Source of the DNA: Candidatus Thorarchaeota archaeon
GTDB lineage: Archaea; Asgardarchaeota; Heimdallarchaeia; Hodarchaeales; Hodarchaeaceae
DNA length: 32,000 nt
NCBI GenBank assembly: GCA_048882505.1
Contig: JBHLRO010000014.1
Span: 60,001-92,000, forward strand
Direction: 5' to 3'
The translations under genes and the position numbers were made by a program. The notes under the pieces are model-generated. The model was given only the letters and a program-made list of their open reading frames with translations, had not been told where the DNA came from and made no database searches. Positions 1-8,608 of the stretch are shown here, in pieces; the stretch's first letter is position 1, and the number at the start of each line of letters is the position of its first letter.

Positions 1-966
1 CTCGCAAATGTTTCGGCCCTGTCAGATTATTTTGCACCAATCGTGAACGTCTACAATGCAAATAATTCGAAAGTTGAATACGGTGACACACTCACCATTA
101 CAGGTAAGACGGTAACTTATGACATACCGACAGTTCAAATCCTCACGAGTTACAGGGACTATAATGCCAGTCTAGATGTTACTAATTATACGCTCTTCCT
201 TTATGAAACTGAGTTTCTAATAAGCATACCAACCCTGATTTTTCCCCAAACAAGCAATTTAGATCTTTGGATATGGGTATATGACGGTATTGAATATTAT
301 AAGTATAATCTTACATTCATTACTCACCTAGTCAGCATAAATATTATATCTCCGATGAACAACATGCTTTTAGATGCTTCTAATGCAGATTCCCTTAAGA
401 TCTTTGGGGGGTATCAATCCATCTCAAATCGATCCCAACTCCAAATATTGTATGGTTCTTATTGGTATGTAAAAGACCGGGATTTTGAAAATTCAAGTTA
501 TTGGGTTCCCGTGAATAAGTCTACTGCTTCCACTTGGGAATATACAGTAAATATTTCATCGTTCGTCAATGGTGACAATACCATTAAAGTTCGTATCTTT
601 AATAACAGGTCAGTTCATACGGATTCTGTCAATCTAAGGATACAAGGGTTACCCCAAAACGAAACAGTACCTGTCGAACCAGATAAACCCCCTCCCATAA
701 CCACTGATCCTCTTCAAGCCCAACCTCCGAGGTTAATTGATCAACTCCTAATATTTGGACTCATTGGAACCATAGGAATCGTCATCGTTCAGGGGGTAAG
801 ACAATATTTTCGACAAAAAGGGGAAGAAAGAATTGTTGGGGAGGATATACCCCTTCCTGGACTCTCACGTGAGCTTGAAGAATTAAAACAGAAAATGGCC
901 GAAAAGGAGAAAAAACGGGTTAAACCCCCCAAAAAGACCGAATTTGTACCAAAAAGAAGGAGATAA
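1..966 (+). CDS. C-terminal part of a membrane-anchored surface protein (5' truncated by the window edge)
   Basis: The frame is open from base 1 (LANVSALSDYF...). Beta-rich, N-x-S/T-rich ectodomain, Pro-rich linker, one TM helix (LLIFGLIGTIGIVIV) and a basic/charged tail. Confidence 0.8.
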   Translation, partial: LANVSALSDYFAPIVNVYNANNSKVEYGDTLTITGKTVTYDIPTVQILTSYRDYNASLDVTNYTLFLYETEFLISIPTLIFPQTSNLDLWIWVYDGIEYYKYNLTFITHLVSINIISPMNNMLLDASNADSLKIFGGYQSISNRSQLQILYGSYWYVKDRDFENSSYWVPVNKSTASTWEYTVNISSFVNGDNTIKVRIFNNRSVHTDSVNLRIQGLPQNETVPVEPDKPPPITTDPLQAQPPRLIDQLLIFGLIGTIGIVIVQGVRQYFRQKGEERIVGEDIPLPGLSRELEELKQKMAEKEKKRVKPPKKTEFVPKRRR

Positions 967-971
967 CCATT

Positions 972-1523
972 GTGCGAAGAAAAACTAGCATTCTAGTCTG
1001 TTTATTAAATTTAGTGTTGATAGCGAACGCTACGATTCAAGGTACCGTGTTTACCATCGATTCATACTCAATAAATCAAGTTTGGGAGATAATGCAGACA
1101 ACCGACGAATTTCTGATAATCGATGACAGGCCATATTCGGAATATGTCGAAGGGCATATCCCAACAGCTATCAGCATCGAGCTGAAGGAGACGGTCGATC
1201 CCACAGAAGTAGATACAATCAATGCTTACGGAAAGGAGTATAATATCCTTTATTGTGCCTGTCCAAATGGGGAGAATTCGGAGCATCATGCTGAAGAGCT
1301 CGTCAAGTTAGGCCTTGATTCTATCTCTTACATGCACGAGAGTTTTACTGATTGGGGATATCAAATCGTTACGGGTTCGGAACCAGGCGTATTGGTTTCC
1401 ACGACAATTCCCACCTCTACCCCCGATGGGGGATCGCCTCCACCACCGCTTTCGGATTTAATTTTAGTAAATCTGGTTTTGGTCATGGTCGCTGGACTCA
1501 TCATCTATTGGAAGAAGAAATGA
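972..1523 (+). CDS. Membrane-anchored rhodanese-like domain protein
   Basis: Signal peptide; IIDDRPYSEYVEGHIPTAISI rhodanese motif; loop LYCACPNG; C-terminal TM helix plus WKKK. Confidence 0.85.
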   Translation: MRRKTSILVCLLNLVLIANATIQGTVFTIDSYSINQVWEIMQTTDEFLIIDDRPYSEYVEGHIPTAISIELKETVDPTEVDTINAYGKEYNILYCACPNGENSEHHAEELVKLGLDSISYMHESFTDWGYQIVTGSEPGVLVSTTIPTSTPDGGSPPPPLSDLILVNLVLVMVAGLIIYWKKK

Positions 1524-1540
1524 ATCAAAACGGATAAAAA

Positions 1541-2692
1541 ATGCGAACTCTGGTAGTTAGACACAAAAACTGGTTTCTGTGGATCATCGGATTCGGAGTA
1601 ATGATTACCTGGATTGGATTTTCGGTTCTCATGGGCTGGATTCGAGTGGATCCTAGGGAATATTTCCAAATTCCCGAAAGATCGTTTTATGGACTGACTC
1701 ATCCCGTACTATTTGCTTTTGGATTCTGCATAATATTTGTGAGTTTATTCATTATATTTCCAGCTTTGGGATCAGAAAGTCTCAAATTCCTGAAAAAATT
1801 AGACGTCGTGTTCGTATTAACTTCCATACTGGGATTGGACATCCTGCTGTATGGGATTGCCAATTTCCACAGTGAATCCATCCCTCTGCTGATGGATCAT
1901 CATACATGGTTTGATTATTCCATTATAGGGATTTTCCTCTTCATCTTCGGATTTACACCCATGGTCTTCATCGTCCAGGATTTTAAAAACCACAAAATTC
2001 TCAGGTTCATCTTCGTTGGGTGTACAATCATTGGGTTTTTCTTCCTAGGAGTAAGTTGGATTGAGTATAGTTATCTATTTTATCAATGGGGGGTTCCTCG
2101 GGGAGCTTGGTTCTTCCATTTCATTATTGGATGCTTTTTATTATTTTTAGGGGGACTTCCCTTATTAGTTACTTATATGACCCATCATATGGGATTGCTT
2201 GATGGTCTGCGCCGAATATTTTTATTCTTAACCCTGCTAGGAACTCTGGTCTACCTCAGTCCCACTTTCGCATTCAACGGGATCGTTATCCCATTAACCA
2301 TCTTAAGACATTTTAGTTATTTCGAACTCTTAACGGCAGGCTATCTATTGATCGTGCTTGGGATTGTCCCTCTTGCTGTTTCTTACAAAAACTTCCCTCT
2401 CATTTACAGACTGAGGTATTGTTGGATAGGGTTTCTGGCACTCGGAGTTATTCAAATGCTCATATCGGCTGCCTTTGTTAACTTCGCAGGGTTTTTCATT
2501 GAGATCCCTCTTGGTATTTATAGTATAAGATCCCCTTACGGTCCAACTATTCAGGGAATGACTTGGGATGTGTTTTTTTACAATGGAGCCTTAGTCATGA
2601 CAATTGGGCTGATCTTCATTGCCTCTATCCTATTTTTCGAGATGGTAGATGATGGACGAGGGGAAGAAATGGATCCTTCCCCAGTTTCTTAA
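1541..2692 (+). CDS. Polytopic membrane protein with internal two-helix repeats
   Basis: 383 aa, about 10-12 hydrophobic segments; recurring (W/Y)-x5-6-G-x6-G-x2-P pattern. Confidence 0.85.
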   Translation: MRTLVVRHKNWFLWIIGFGVMITWIGFSVLMGWIRVDPREYFQIPERSFYGLTHPVLFAFGFCIIFVSLFIIFPALGSESLKFLKKLDVVFVLTSILGLDILLYGIANFHSESIPLLMDHHTWFDYSIIGIFLFIFGFTPMVFIVQDFKNHKILRFIFVGCTIIGFFFLGVSWIEYSYLFYQWGVPRGAWFFHFIIGCFLLFLGGLPLLVTYMTHHMGLLDGLRRIFLFLTLLGTLVYLSPTFAFNGIVIPLTILRHFSYFELLTAGYLLIVLGIVPLAVSYKNFPLIYRLRYCWIGFLALGVIQMLISAAFVNFAGFFIEIPLGIYSIRSPYGPTIQGMTWDVFFYNGALVMTIGLIFIASILFFEMVDDGRGEEMDPSPVS

Positions 2693-2776
2693 TCTCCTCC
2701 TCCTGCTTCTACTTTTATGGATAGAAGCTTATAGTACATTATATAACATATATGATATTTCAGGATTCCTAGACTA

Positions 2777-3487
2777 TCAAATATCCGAATTTGTGTTCAG
2801 AAGAAAGTGGGCAGGATTAAAGTAGTACCGATTCGCTTTCTTCTTGTATGGGTCTTTTTCAACCAAAATAAGATTTACCGCATTCATTTCGGAAAGACGA
2901 CGTCGAACGGTTTGAACATGAAGTTTCTTAGAGTTGTTATTATTTCCTAGTCTAACAAGACCATTCTCTAAGATTTTCAAGATCTTTTTTGACGTTATCC
3001 CGTTTTCATGGACTAAAATCTCAAGAATCTGATAACATAGAGGGTTCATGCCAATCGGGCATAGGGTCTTGTCAGTATCAAAATCAATTAGATTAAGAGC
3101 ATAACTGGGGTTTAATGTGTAAAGAATCTCATTCTGTTTGTATCCCCTCACATTAATGCCGAAATCTTCAGGAGAAATCTTCGATAAATTGATTTTAAGC
3201 AGTAATCCCTCAATCATGACTAGTCTGTCATTAATAATATTATAGAATGTTGTGTATCCATCTCGTTCATAGATATAGTATTTCAGAAAACTCTCGTGAA
3301 ATTCGGTGAGCGGAAAGAAGTGCCGCCCCTCCTTGGCCTTCAGCAGGAACAACTGGATGATGGCGATCTCTTTGTAGGACAAACGATGACATAGCGGTAA
3401 TAAGGAACATCCTTGGCAGGAACGGTTAGAAATCCAGGTTGAAAAGATCATAGGTAATTTAGAATTCTTCGTATCCGTTGCTATCAT
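2777..3487 (-). CDS. Winged-helix protein with N-terminal Cys motif
   Basis: CQGC..LPLCH motif; C-terminal wHTH (QILEIL..GITSKKIL..VQTVRRRLSEM..NLILV..RYY); GGAGG upstream of ATG. Confidence 0.75.
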   Translation of the reverse strand: MIATDTKNSKLPMIFSTWISNRSCQGCSLLPLCHRLSYKEIAIIQLFLLKAKEGRHFFPLTEFHESFLKYYIYERDGYTTFYNIINDRLVMIEGLLLKINLSKISPEDFGINVRGYKQNEILYTLNPSYALNLIDFDTDKTLCPIGMNPLCYQILEILVHENGITSKKILKILENGLVRLGNNNNSKKLHVQTVRRRLSEMNAVNLILVEKDPYKKKANRYYFNPAHFLLNTNSDI

Positions 3488-3721
3488 ACTACCCTCCTTC
3501 GATCCTGAGGATCGGATTCGATACCTACTGTTTGATCATATTCAGTGTTATTTCGCCCTTTAGTTTGGGTTGTAATCAACCTTCCATCTCCTTCTCATCT
3601 CTCTCAAGAACCCTCAAAGAATCAATGGTTAATGGTAAGACAATTTGGTTAGAGTTGTGGACAAATAGTATATGTAAAGTCCTATCTAGTACCCAGTTTG
3701 CTATCGGGTCTGTCGCTATCG

Positions 3722-4162
3722 TTAGGGACCCCCTTGGGAATTGTTTTCTAGCGTATATGGCCATTGAAGAATACTATCATTCATGTAGTAGACATTCTGC
3801 ATCCCGAGTCCGATCAGCTGCTCAGCGTACCAACGGGCTGATCCACCGCCGTAACAAGTACAGTATAGTACGTTCCTCGACCGATTGTATCCTTCCAGGA
3901 ACACCACGTCAGCAGCATCAACAGTCCCATTGAAATGAAGATTGATCGCGGTGGGCAGATGGGATTGGGTGTATAAGGCCGATGACCGAGTATCCACAAT
4001 CAACCAGTTCTGGTTCTGTTGGATACCAGCCCACACTTCATGCACGGTCAAATGGGGAACCACTATGGTTTGGTGTGGGAGAAACAGGGGTGCTACCAAG
4101 AGTCCCACAACACTTGCCACACTTCCTATGGCTAACACAGCAATAATCTTCACTTTGACCAT
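3722..4162 (-). CDS. Rhodanese-like domain protein with N-terminal membrane anchor
   Basis: LIVDTRSSALYTQSHLPTAINL; loop LYCTCYGGGS; paralog of 972..1523; TATA-like TATATAAAG upstream. Confidence 0.85.
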   Translation of the reverse strand: MVKVKIIAVLAIGSVASVVGLLVAPLFLPHQTIVVPHLTVHEVWAGIQQNQNWLIVDTRSSALYTQSHLPTAINLHFNGTVDAADVVFLEGYNRSRNVLYCTCYGGGSARWYAEQLIGLGMQNVYYMNDSILQWPYTLENNSQGGP

Positions 4163-4311
4163 CTTTCACACCTTGCCTTTAGGATATGGGGCAGAACTGT
4201 AAATCGTGGAATCACCCCTGATGGAAGACCGACCTTTATATATGCGGAAACGGCCACCAGATCTATCACAGTTCAAGCGGAAGTGTTCCGCTCTTATCCA
4301 TGGCGAAGTCC

Positions 4312-4623
4312 TCATCTATTAAATCTCCAAGGATGATTCATATTTGGTATTATCGGTCGAAATATCTCCTGTTGACGGATTATATTCCGACGAGTTAGCG
4401 GTACCCCGATCACTTGGTTGATAGTGGTTAAATAACCGTCTGGAAGGGTTCGTCTACAAATTTCCAAATAAATTTCAATGAGCGCGAGATAGGCGCCAAA
4501 CTGTTCTGGAGGAGTGATTAACACGAATCCATCCGTATCGTTGAGGAACCTCGTGAGGGATGACAGTAGTAGCTGGGGGAAAAACTCAATTAATCCCCCA
4601 GGAACATACCTACGTGGCCTCAT
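4312..4623 (-). CDS. Hypothetical protein (start may be 4665)
   Basis: ORF with GGAGG before the ATG at 4623; no family recognised. Confidence 0.55.
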   Translation of the reverse strand: MRPRRYVPGGLIEFFPQLLLSSLTRFLNDTDGFVLITPPEQFGAYLALIEIYLEICRRTLPDGYLTTINQVIGVPLTRRNIIRQQEIFRPIIPNMNHPWRFNR

Positions 4624-4783
4624 GACCCGATTCCTCCATTCATAGCTAACTGTAACTTGTGCCATCTTACCTGTAATAACCAGTAATACCAGTAATTAAA
4701 AGTATTCCCAATCATTGCTATCCATCGCTGATATATAGATGCAAAAACCCTGCCGACGCATTCCCTCAAAGGTATGGATCTGA

Positions 4784-5092
4784 ATGTCTGATGAATTACA
4801 GAGCGACCACTTCTTGGTTCTGTTGGCTTTGGTGCTTCGCCCCGAGGTGAGTCAGAAGCAGGAGATTGCCAGACTCGTACACCCGTATATTCGATCTCCA
4901 AAGACCGTGTCACTGAAACTGGCCCAGCTCGAAGATCGAGGATACGTAATTTCCACCCAGATTGGGCGGCGGGTGGTGTACAAGGTAAAACGAACGGGAC
5001 AGACCGCCTTAACTGCCTGGCGGAAATCTGACGTTGGGAAAGAGTTCGGGGGTTCTTGGGCGGAGCACATTCAGGAAAAGGAATTGGAATAG
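4784..5092 (+). CDS. MarR/ArsR-like winged-helix regulator
   Basis: QEIARL..SPKTVSLKLAQLEDRGYV..GRRVVYKV.RTG pattern. Confidence 0.8.
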   Translation: MSDELQSDHFLVLLALVLRPEVSQKQEIARLVHPYIRSPKTVSLKLAQLEDRGYVISTQIGRRVVYKVKRTGQTALTAWRKSDVGKEFGGSWAEHIQEKELE

Positions 5093-5130
5093 GGGTTTGG
5101 GGAAGACATTTTCTTAAATTTAATTTTAGA

Positions 5131-5451
5131 TTAAACCTCATGGGGAAGGGTCACCGTCTCTCCGTTTCTCTCGCGCAAATCCCAAGCAAAGCAAATGCGC
5201 AATTGGTGGGATGTGGGATCCTGGATGAAGTAACATTGGCATCCCGTGGTAGTGTTGACTAGACACAGATAGTGGCGGAGGAGGTGTTTCTGATTATCCT
5301 TGGAGAGGTGTAGTAATTCGGTGCTGAGAGTGAGGGATACGGTGGTTCCCGAACGTTCGATGGTTGAGAACATGTGCTTACTCAAAAACAGCAATTGGAA
5401 GATTCTGTCAATTTGAGTCGGTACCTCGGGTATCCACTGGTAGTCCCACAT
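5131..5451 (-). CDS. Hypothetical protein
   Basis: 106-aa ORF with a TATA-like TTATTTAAA about 26 nt upstream of the start. Confidence 0.6.
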   Translation of the reverse strand: MWDYQWIPEVPTQIDRIFQLLFLSKHMFSTIERSGTTVSLTLSTELLHLSKDNQKHLLRHYLCLVNTTTGCQCYFIQDPTSHQLRICFAWDLRERNGETVTLPHEV

Positions 5452-5725
5452 CGGAACCGTTAACGTAGGTCTGGGGTTTAAATAAGCATAAGTTAGTCAT
5501 TTCGGTCACTTTTTCGAAAAATCTGTCCATGTAGCGCTGTTGGGAAGCTCGAGGCGTGGTCTCCTCCCATTTGGAAAATCACTTCATTTTTTCCGATTTC
5601 GCTTTTTCATTACGCGAGGGCACGGTAATTACACTTCGGTTTTCGTAATCTACGAGGAGAGGCTGAATAAAGGCAGTGGTCTCGGCCAAGGTACTAGAAC
5701 GGAGTCTGATGCCCCTACCATCGCT

Positions 5726-7183
5726 TCATTCTTCTTCTTGAAGGTGATGGTATGTCTTTAGGAGGGAAATCCCCCACTTGAAATGGTCTCTCACCGTATT
5801 GATTTTCCAGTACAATTTCATGTTAGCCTCCCGTTGGCCCTCGAGGATACGATCCATGTTGCGGGCGAAGGGCTTAATCCACTTATTGGGTAATTTGAGA
5901 AATCCAAAGTAGGTATGAGTCGGCCTGGTCTTAGAAATGAAGACATCCACCTTAGGAAAAGTCAAAAAGTGGTCTAGCCAGGGGATTGAGCTATCTTCAG
6001 TCGATAGGTAAAAGTAAATGCTGAGATCCAGGCCAAAATTGAAGAATTGGCTGAGCCTCGTCGTTATTTGGTGTTTGGCGTACTCAGGCAATCTCTGCGA
6101 AATGGTACTTGTGGACACTCCTGTGGCCTGACTCAAATGAGTCAGATTCTCAAGATCCCCCATGGTACTCAAGAAATCAAGAATCTTCACATCCGCAGGA
6201 GTAAGTTTGAAGGATTGATGCTGTACAGCCAGTGGACAATTAAATCGTGGGGAGGGACTGGTGATCTTGACCTGAGGCTCGCCATAGATTAGGGAAGGTG
6301 GTATTTGCCACGGATCCTCACCTCCTACCAGGCCCGATAAATTCCAGTTTATAACCCTTTGATTCACAGGGTAGACCAAACTGTCGGGCAGTTGCTCCTG
6401 TATCGTGTGCAGGATTTGTGTTTCTTTGAACGGGATCTGTACAAGACTGAAGGTTCCAACTGACATGTTCGCGTTCATGAGCAAGACATCAAGAAACCTC
6501 TCGGGAAAACCACCCGTATGGACGATCAGAGAGGTCTCATATCCCAACTGTCCCATGTCCAGCACGTGTTGCACGGCAACCATATCTAGCAGTCTAAGCC
6601 TTTTAATTCGGCGAGAAATCGTCTTGATCGATCTTTTCTCAAGACCAATATAGTCTCTATATGGATAGAAATCCATGAATAGGTTGTTTGGATCCCGTTC
6701 AAGTTGGAGGTTAGCCCGAAGAAGGGCGATATCTATTTTGTCTAAAGGGACGATAAAATTGGTGAGGACGGGGAGAAGATGCTCAAAAATGACTTCTTTC
6801 CTCCCTGGAATCCTTTTAGTATATATACCTTGGAGAATTACATGAATGACGCTTTTGGGGTGACAGCAAACTTCGTAGGTGATGAGTTGCAATGGCATCA
6901 TGTACCCGCCTCTATCTTTCCAACGAAGATGAATAGAGGCGTGCGTTTTTAACCACGGTTCAACCAATCGCAGAGAGGGGTCATGTTTGAATTTTTCATA
7001 AAACGGAAGCACATCATCCACGAGGATGCGTCTTGAGATTCGGAGAACATCATCCAAGCTAGTTTCCTTGGCCAGGTCGTGGATTTTAATCCAGATTCGT
7101 AAGAAATGCTCAACATACGGTTCAAGCTTGTACTCCTGAGGGTTGTGGAGGACAGATTTAATCTGAGAACTGGGAAGTGTCAT
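5726..7183 (-). CDS. Tandem Lrp/AsnC-like double-HTH protein, paralog 1
   Basis: Two AsnC-like HTH starts (LDKIDIALL..; LTPADVKILDFL..), LDMGQLGY after HTH1, family motifs NWNL.GL.GGEDPW and HFLTFPKVDVF. Confidence 0.9.
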   Translation of the reverse strand: MTLPSSQIKSVLHNPQEYKLEPYVEHFLRIWIKIHDLAKETSLDDVLRISRRILVDDVLPFYEKFKHDPSLRLVEPWLKTHASIHLRWKDRGGYMMPLQLITYEVCCHPKSVIHVILQGIYTKRIPGRKEVIFEHLLPVLTNFIVPLDKIDIALLRANLQLERDPNNLFMDFYPYRDYIGLEKRSIKTISRRIKRLRLLDMVAVQHVLDMGQLGYETSLIVHTGGFPERFLDVLLMNANMSVGTFSLVQIPFKETQILHTIQEQLPDSLVYPVNQRVINWNLSGLVGGEDPWQIPPSLIYGEPQVKITSPSPRFNCPLAVQHQSFKLTPADVKILDFLSTMGDLENLTHLSQATGVSTSTISQRLPEYAKHQITTRLSQFFNFGLDLSIYFYLSTEDSSIPWLDHFLTFPKVDVFISKTRPTHTYFGFLKLPNKWIKPFARNMDRILEGQREANMKLYWKINTVRDHFKWGISLLKTYHHLQEEE

Positions 7184-7199
7184 GATTCACGAGGAAGAG

Positions 7200-7231
7200 G
7201 AAAAGGGTTTTATAAAGAGCTCTAGAACCAT
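7200..7231 (-). promoter_or_regulatory. Promoter of paralog 1 (TATA plus palindrome), duplicated at 8609..8640
   Basis: TTTATAAA at 7209-7216, 26 nt from the ATG; 28/32 nt identical to 8609..8640 at the same 17-nt offset from the start codon. Confidence 0.75.
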
Positions 7232-7270
7232 GGGATTATTTTATGCCCAAGAAATATCCGTGATGGATGG

Positions 7271-8437
7271 TCATACCTGGTCTGTGAGTATTCCTCGTAG
7301 TAGCATGCGCCGTTTGAGCACGTTTCGTCTGTGTTTCAATGATAATTGGAATGGTAAACGCGAGTTTCCTTTCGTCTCCTGGTATTGCTGCGCCAGAATG
7401 GCGTAGGCAAGGACTTCGAGATTGGCCTTTTTGATGGTTCTAAAGTACGGATGTCGCGCGAGCAGATCCACCATCGAATAGGCTCCAGTCTGAATTCTCT
7501 TTGTCTCACTCGTGGATAAAGGAAGACTAAAGTGTTTGCTCAGATGTCTGATCTGTGCCTTAAGACTCTTCACCTTCTGCGCCCGCTTCCTTTTCCACCC
7601 TACCTCCTTTTGAGCGGCGTTTTTTCTATCACTTGATGATCTCAGGAGATTGGACAAATGCCGGCGTACTGTGTGACGACTGGCTCCAAGATGATCCGCA
7701 ATCTCCTGCAAGGTCATTTGCGTGTAATTGGCCTCCAGGAAATCCCTATCCTCTTTTCGCCACTTCTTCCTCCGGCCCGACCGTTGTGGAATCGCCCCAT
7801 CCTCCTCCTGCGTCTCCCCTTTTTCCTCTTTCTGTGTGATCCTATGCAGGTCTTGCAATCGGGCTTGATAATATACGGCTTCTGATGAACGATCCAATTT
7901 CACCGCGATTTTCTCGATGGTGTCAGCATCGTTGCGATAGTTCATTTCCAAGTAGTTCAGGTCAGCGGAAGACCACCGCGGTTTTAAATCGCGGATTTTG
8001 AGGGCGAGTCTTTTCATTTTCTTATAGACTGACGTATCTGGACGATTGAGTGCCTTTGCCATCTCTGGGATACTCATGTGCTTACTCTTGTCTTTAAGAA
8101 AACGGATTTCCTCATCGGTCCATTCTTTCCGTAGGGATTTTCCTTCGGTCAATTGCAATTGCGTCAGCTTCGTTCGGATTGAGACATACGGGCGGTGAAG
8201 AGCTTTTGCAATTTCAGAACTGGTCATCTGTTGATAGTTTTCTCTTAGAAACTGGATTTCTCCGGGACTCCATGCTTTACCTTTTCGCCTCCTTTTCTCT
8301 GCGGCTAATCCAAGTCTCTGTAACTTTCTGGAAACGGCAGCTGAGGAACGGTTCAGGGCACTAGCTAGTTCGAAAATGGGCATTGCCCGGCTGTTTTCTT
8401 TTAGAAAAGCGACCTCGGACCGTGACCATGCTGTCAT
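7271..8437 (-). CDS. Protein with five Myb/SANT-like HTH repeats and a possible TFB/cyclin-like C-terminal domain
   Basis: Five W(S/T/R)xx(E/D)xx(F/Y)L..N/K...M...(E)IA..L.R repeats. The ATG at 8437 overlaps the mini-ORF stop (ATGA) and is preferred over the track start at 8482. Confidence 0.88.
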   Translation of the reverse strand: MTAWSRSEVAFLKENSRAMPIFELASALNRSSAAVSRKLQRLGLAAEKRRRKGKAWSPGEIQFLRENYQQMTSSEIAKALHRPYVSIRTKLTQLQLTEGKSLRKEWTDEEIRFLKDKSKHMSIPEMAKALNRPDTSVYKKMKRLALKIRDLKPRWSSADLNYLEMNYRNDADTIEKIAVKLDRSSEAVYYQARLQDLHRITQKEEKGETQEEDGAIPQRSGRRKKWRKEDRDFLEANYTQMTLQEIADHLGASRHTVRRHLSNLLRSSSDRKNAAQKEVGWKRKRAQKVKSLKAQIRHLSKHFSLPLSTSETKRIQTGAYSMVDLLARHPYFRTIKKANLEVLAYAILAQQYQETKGNSRLPFQLSLKHRRNVLKRRMLLRGILTDQV

Positions 8438-8592
8438 TCCAAATCGGGCCTCTGGTATGTCTTTTGGAGGCCAATGCCCCATTTGAAATGATCCCTGGCT
8501 GTGGTAATCTTCCAGTGAAACTTCATGTTGTCGAGCTTGTATTCTTGAGGTCTCTGGAATATTGATTCAATTTGAATTCTGGAAAGTGTCAT
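8434..8592 (-). CDS. 52-aa 'collapsed' paralog (N-terminus plus C-terminus only) of the double-HTH family
   Basis: MTLSRIQIESIFQRPQEYKLD-NMKFHWKITTARDHFKWGIGLQKTYQRPDLE matches residues 1-21 and 454-478 of paralog 1; same promoter; stop coupled to the next ATG. Confidence 0.75.
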   Translation of the reverse strand: MTLSRIQIESIFQRPQEYKLDNMKFHWKITTARDHFKWGIGLQKTYQRPDLE

Positions 8593-8608
8593 TGGTCAAC
8601 TGAAAATG

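Noticed and set aside
4671-4696. accagtaat tandem mini-repeat
   Set aside because: Short and low-complexity; no functional support.
5825-7120. Missing segment as an intein or BHB intron
   Set aside because: No Cys/Ser start or His-Asn end, and only a 5-6 bp complementarity near the junctions; not enough support.
8434-8592. Mini-gene as a DGR template or variable repeat
   Set aside because: No reverse transcriptase in the window, and differences from paralog 1 are not confined to adenines; they are mostly synonymous.
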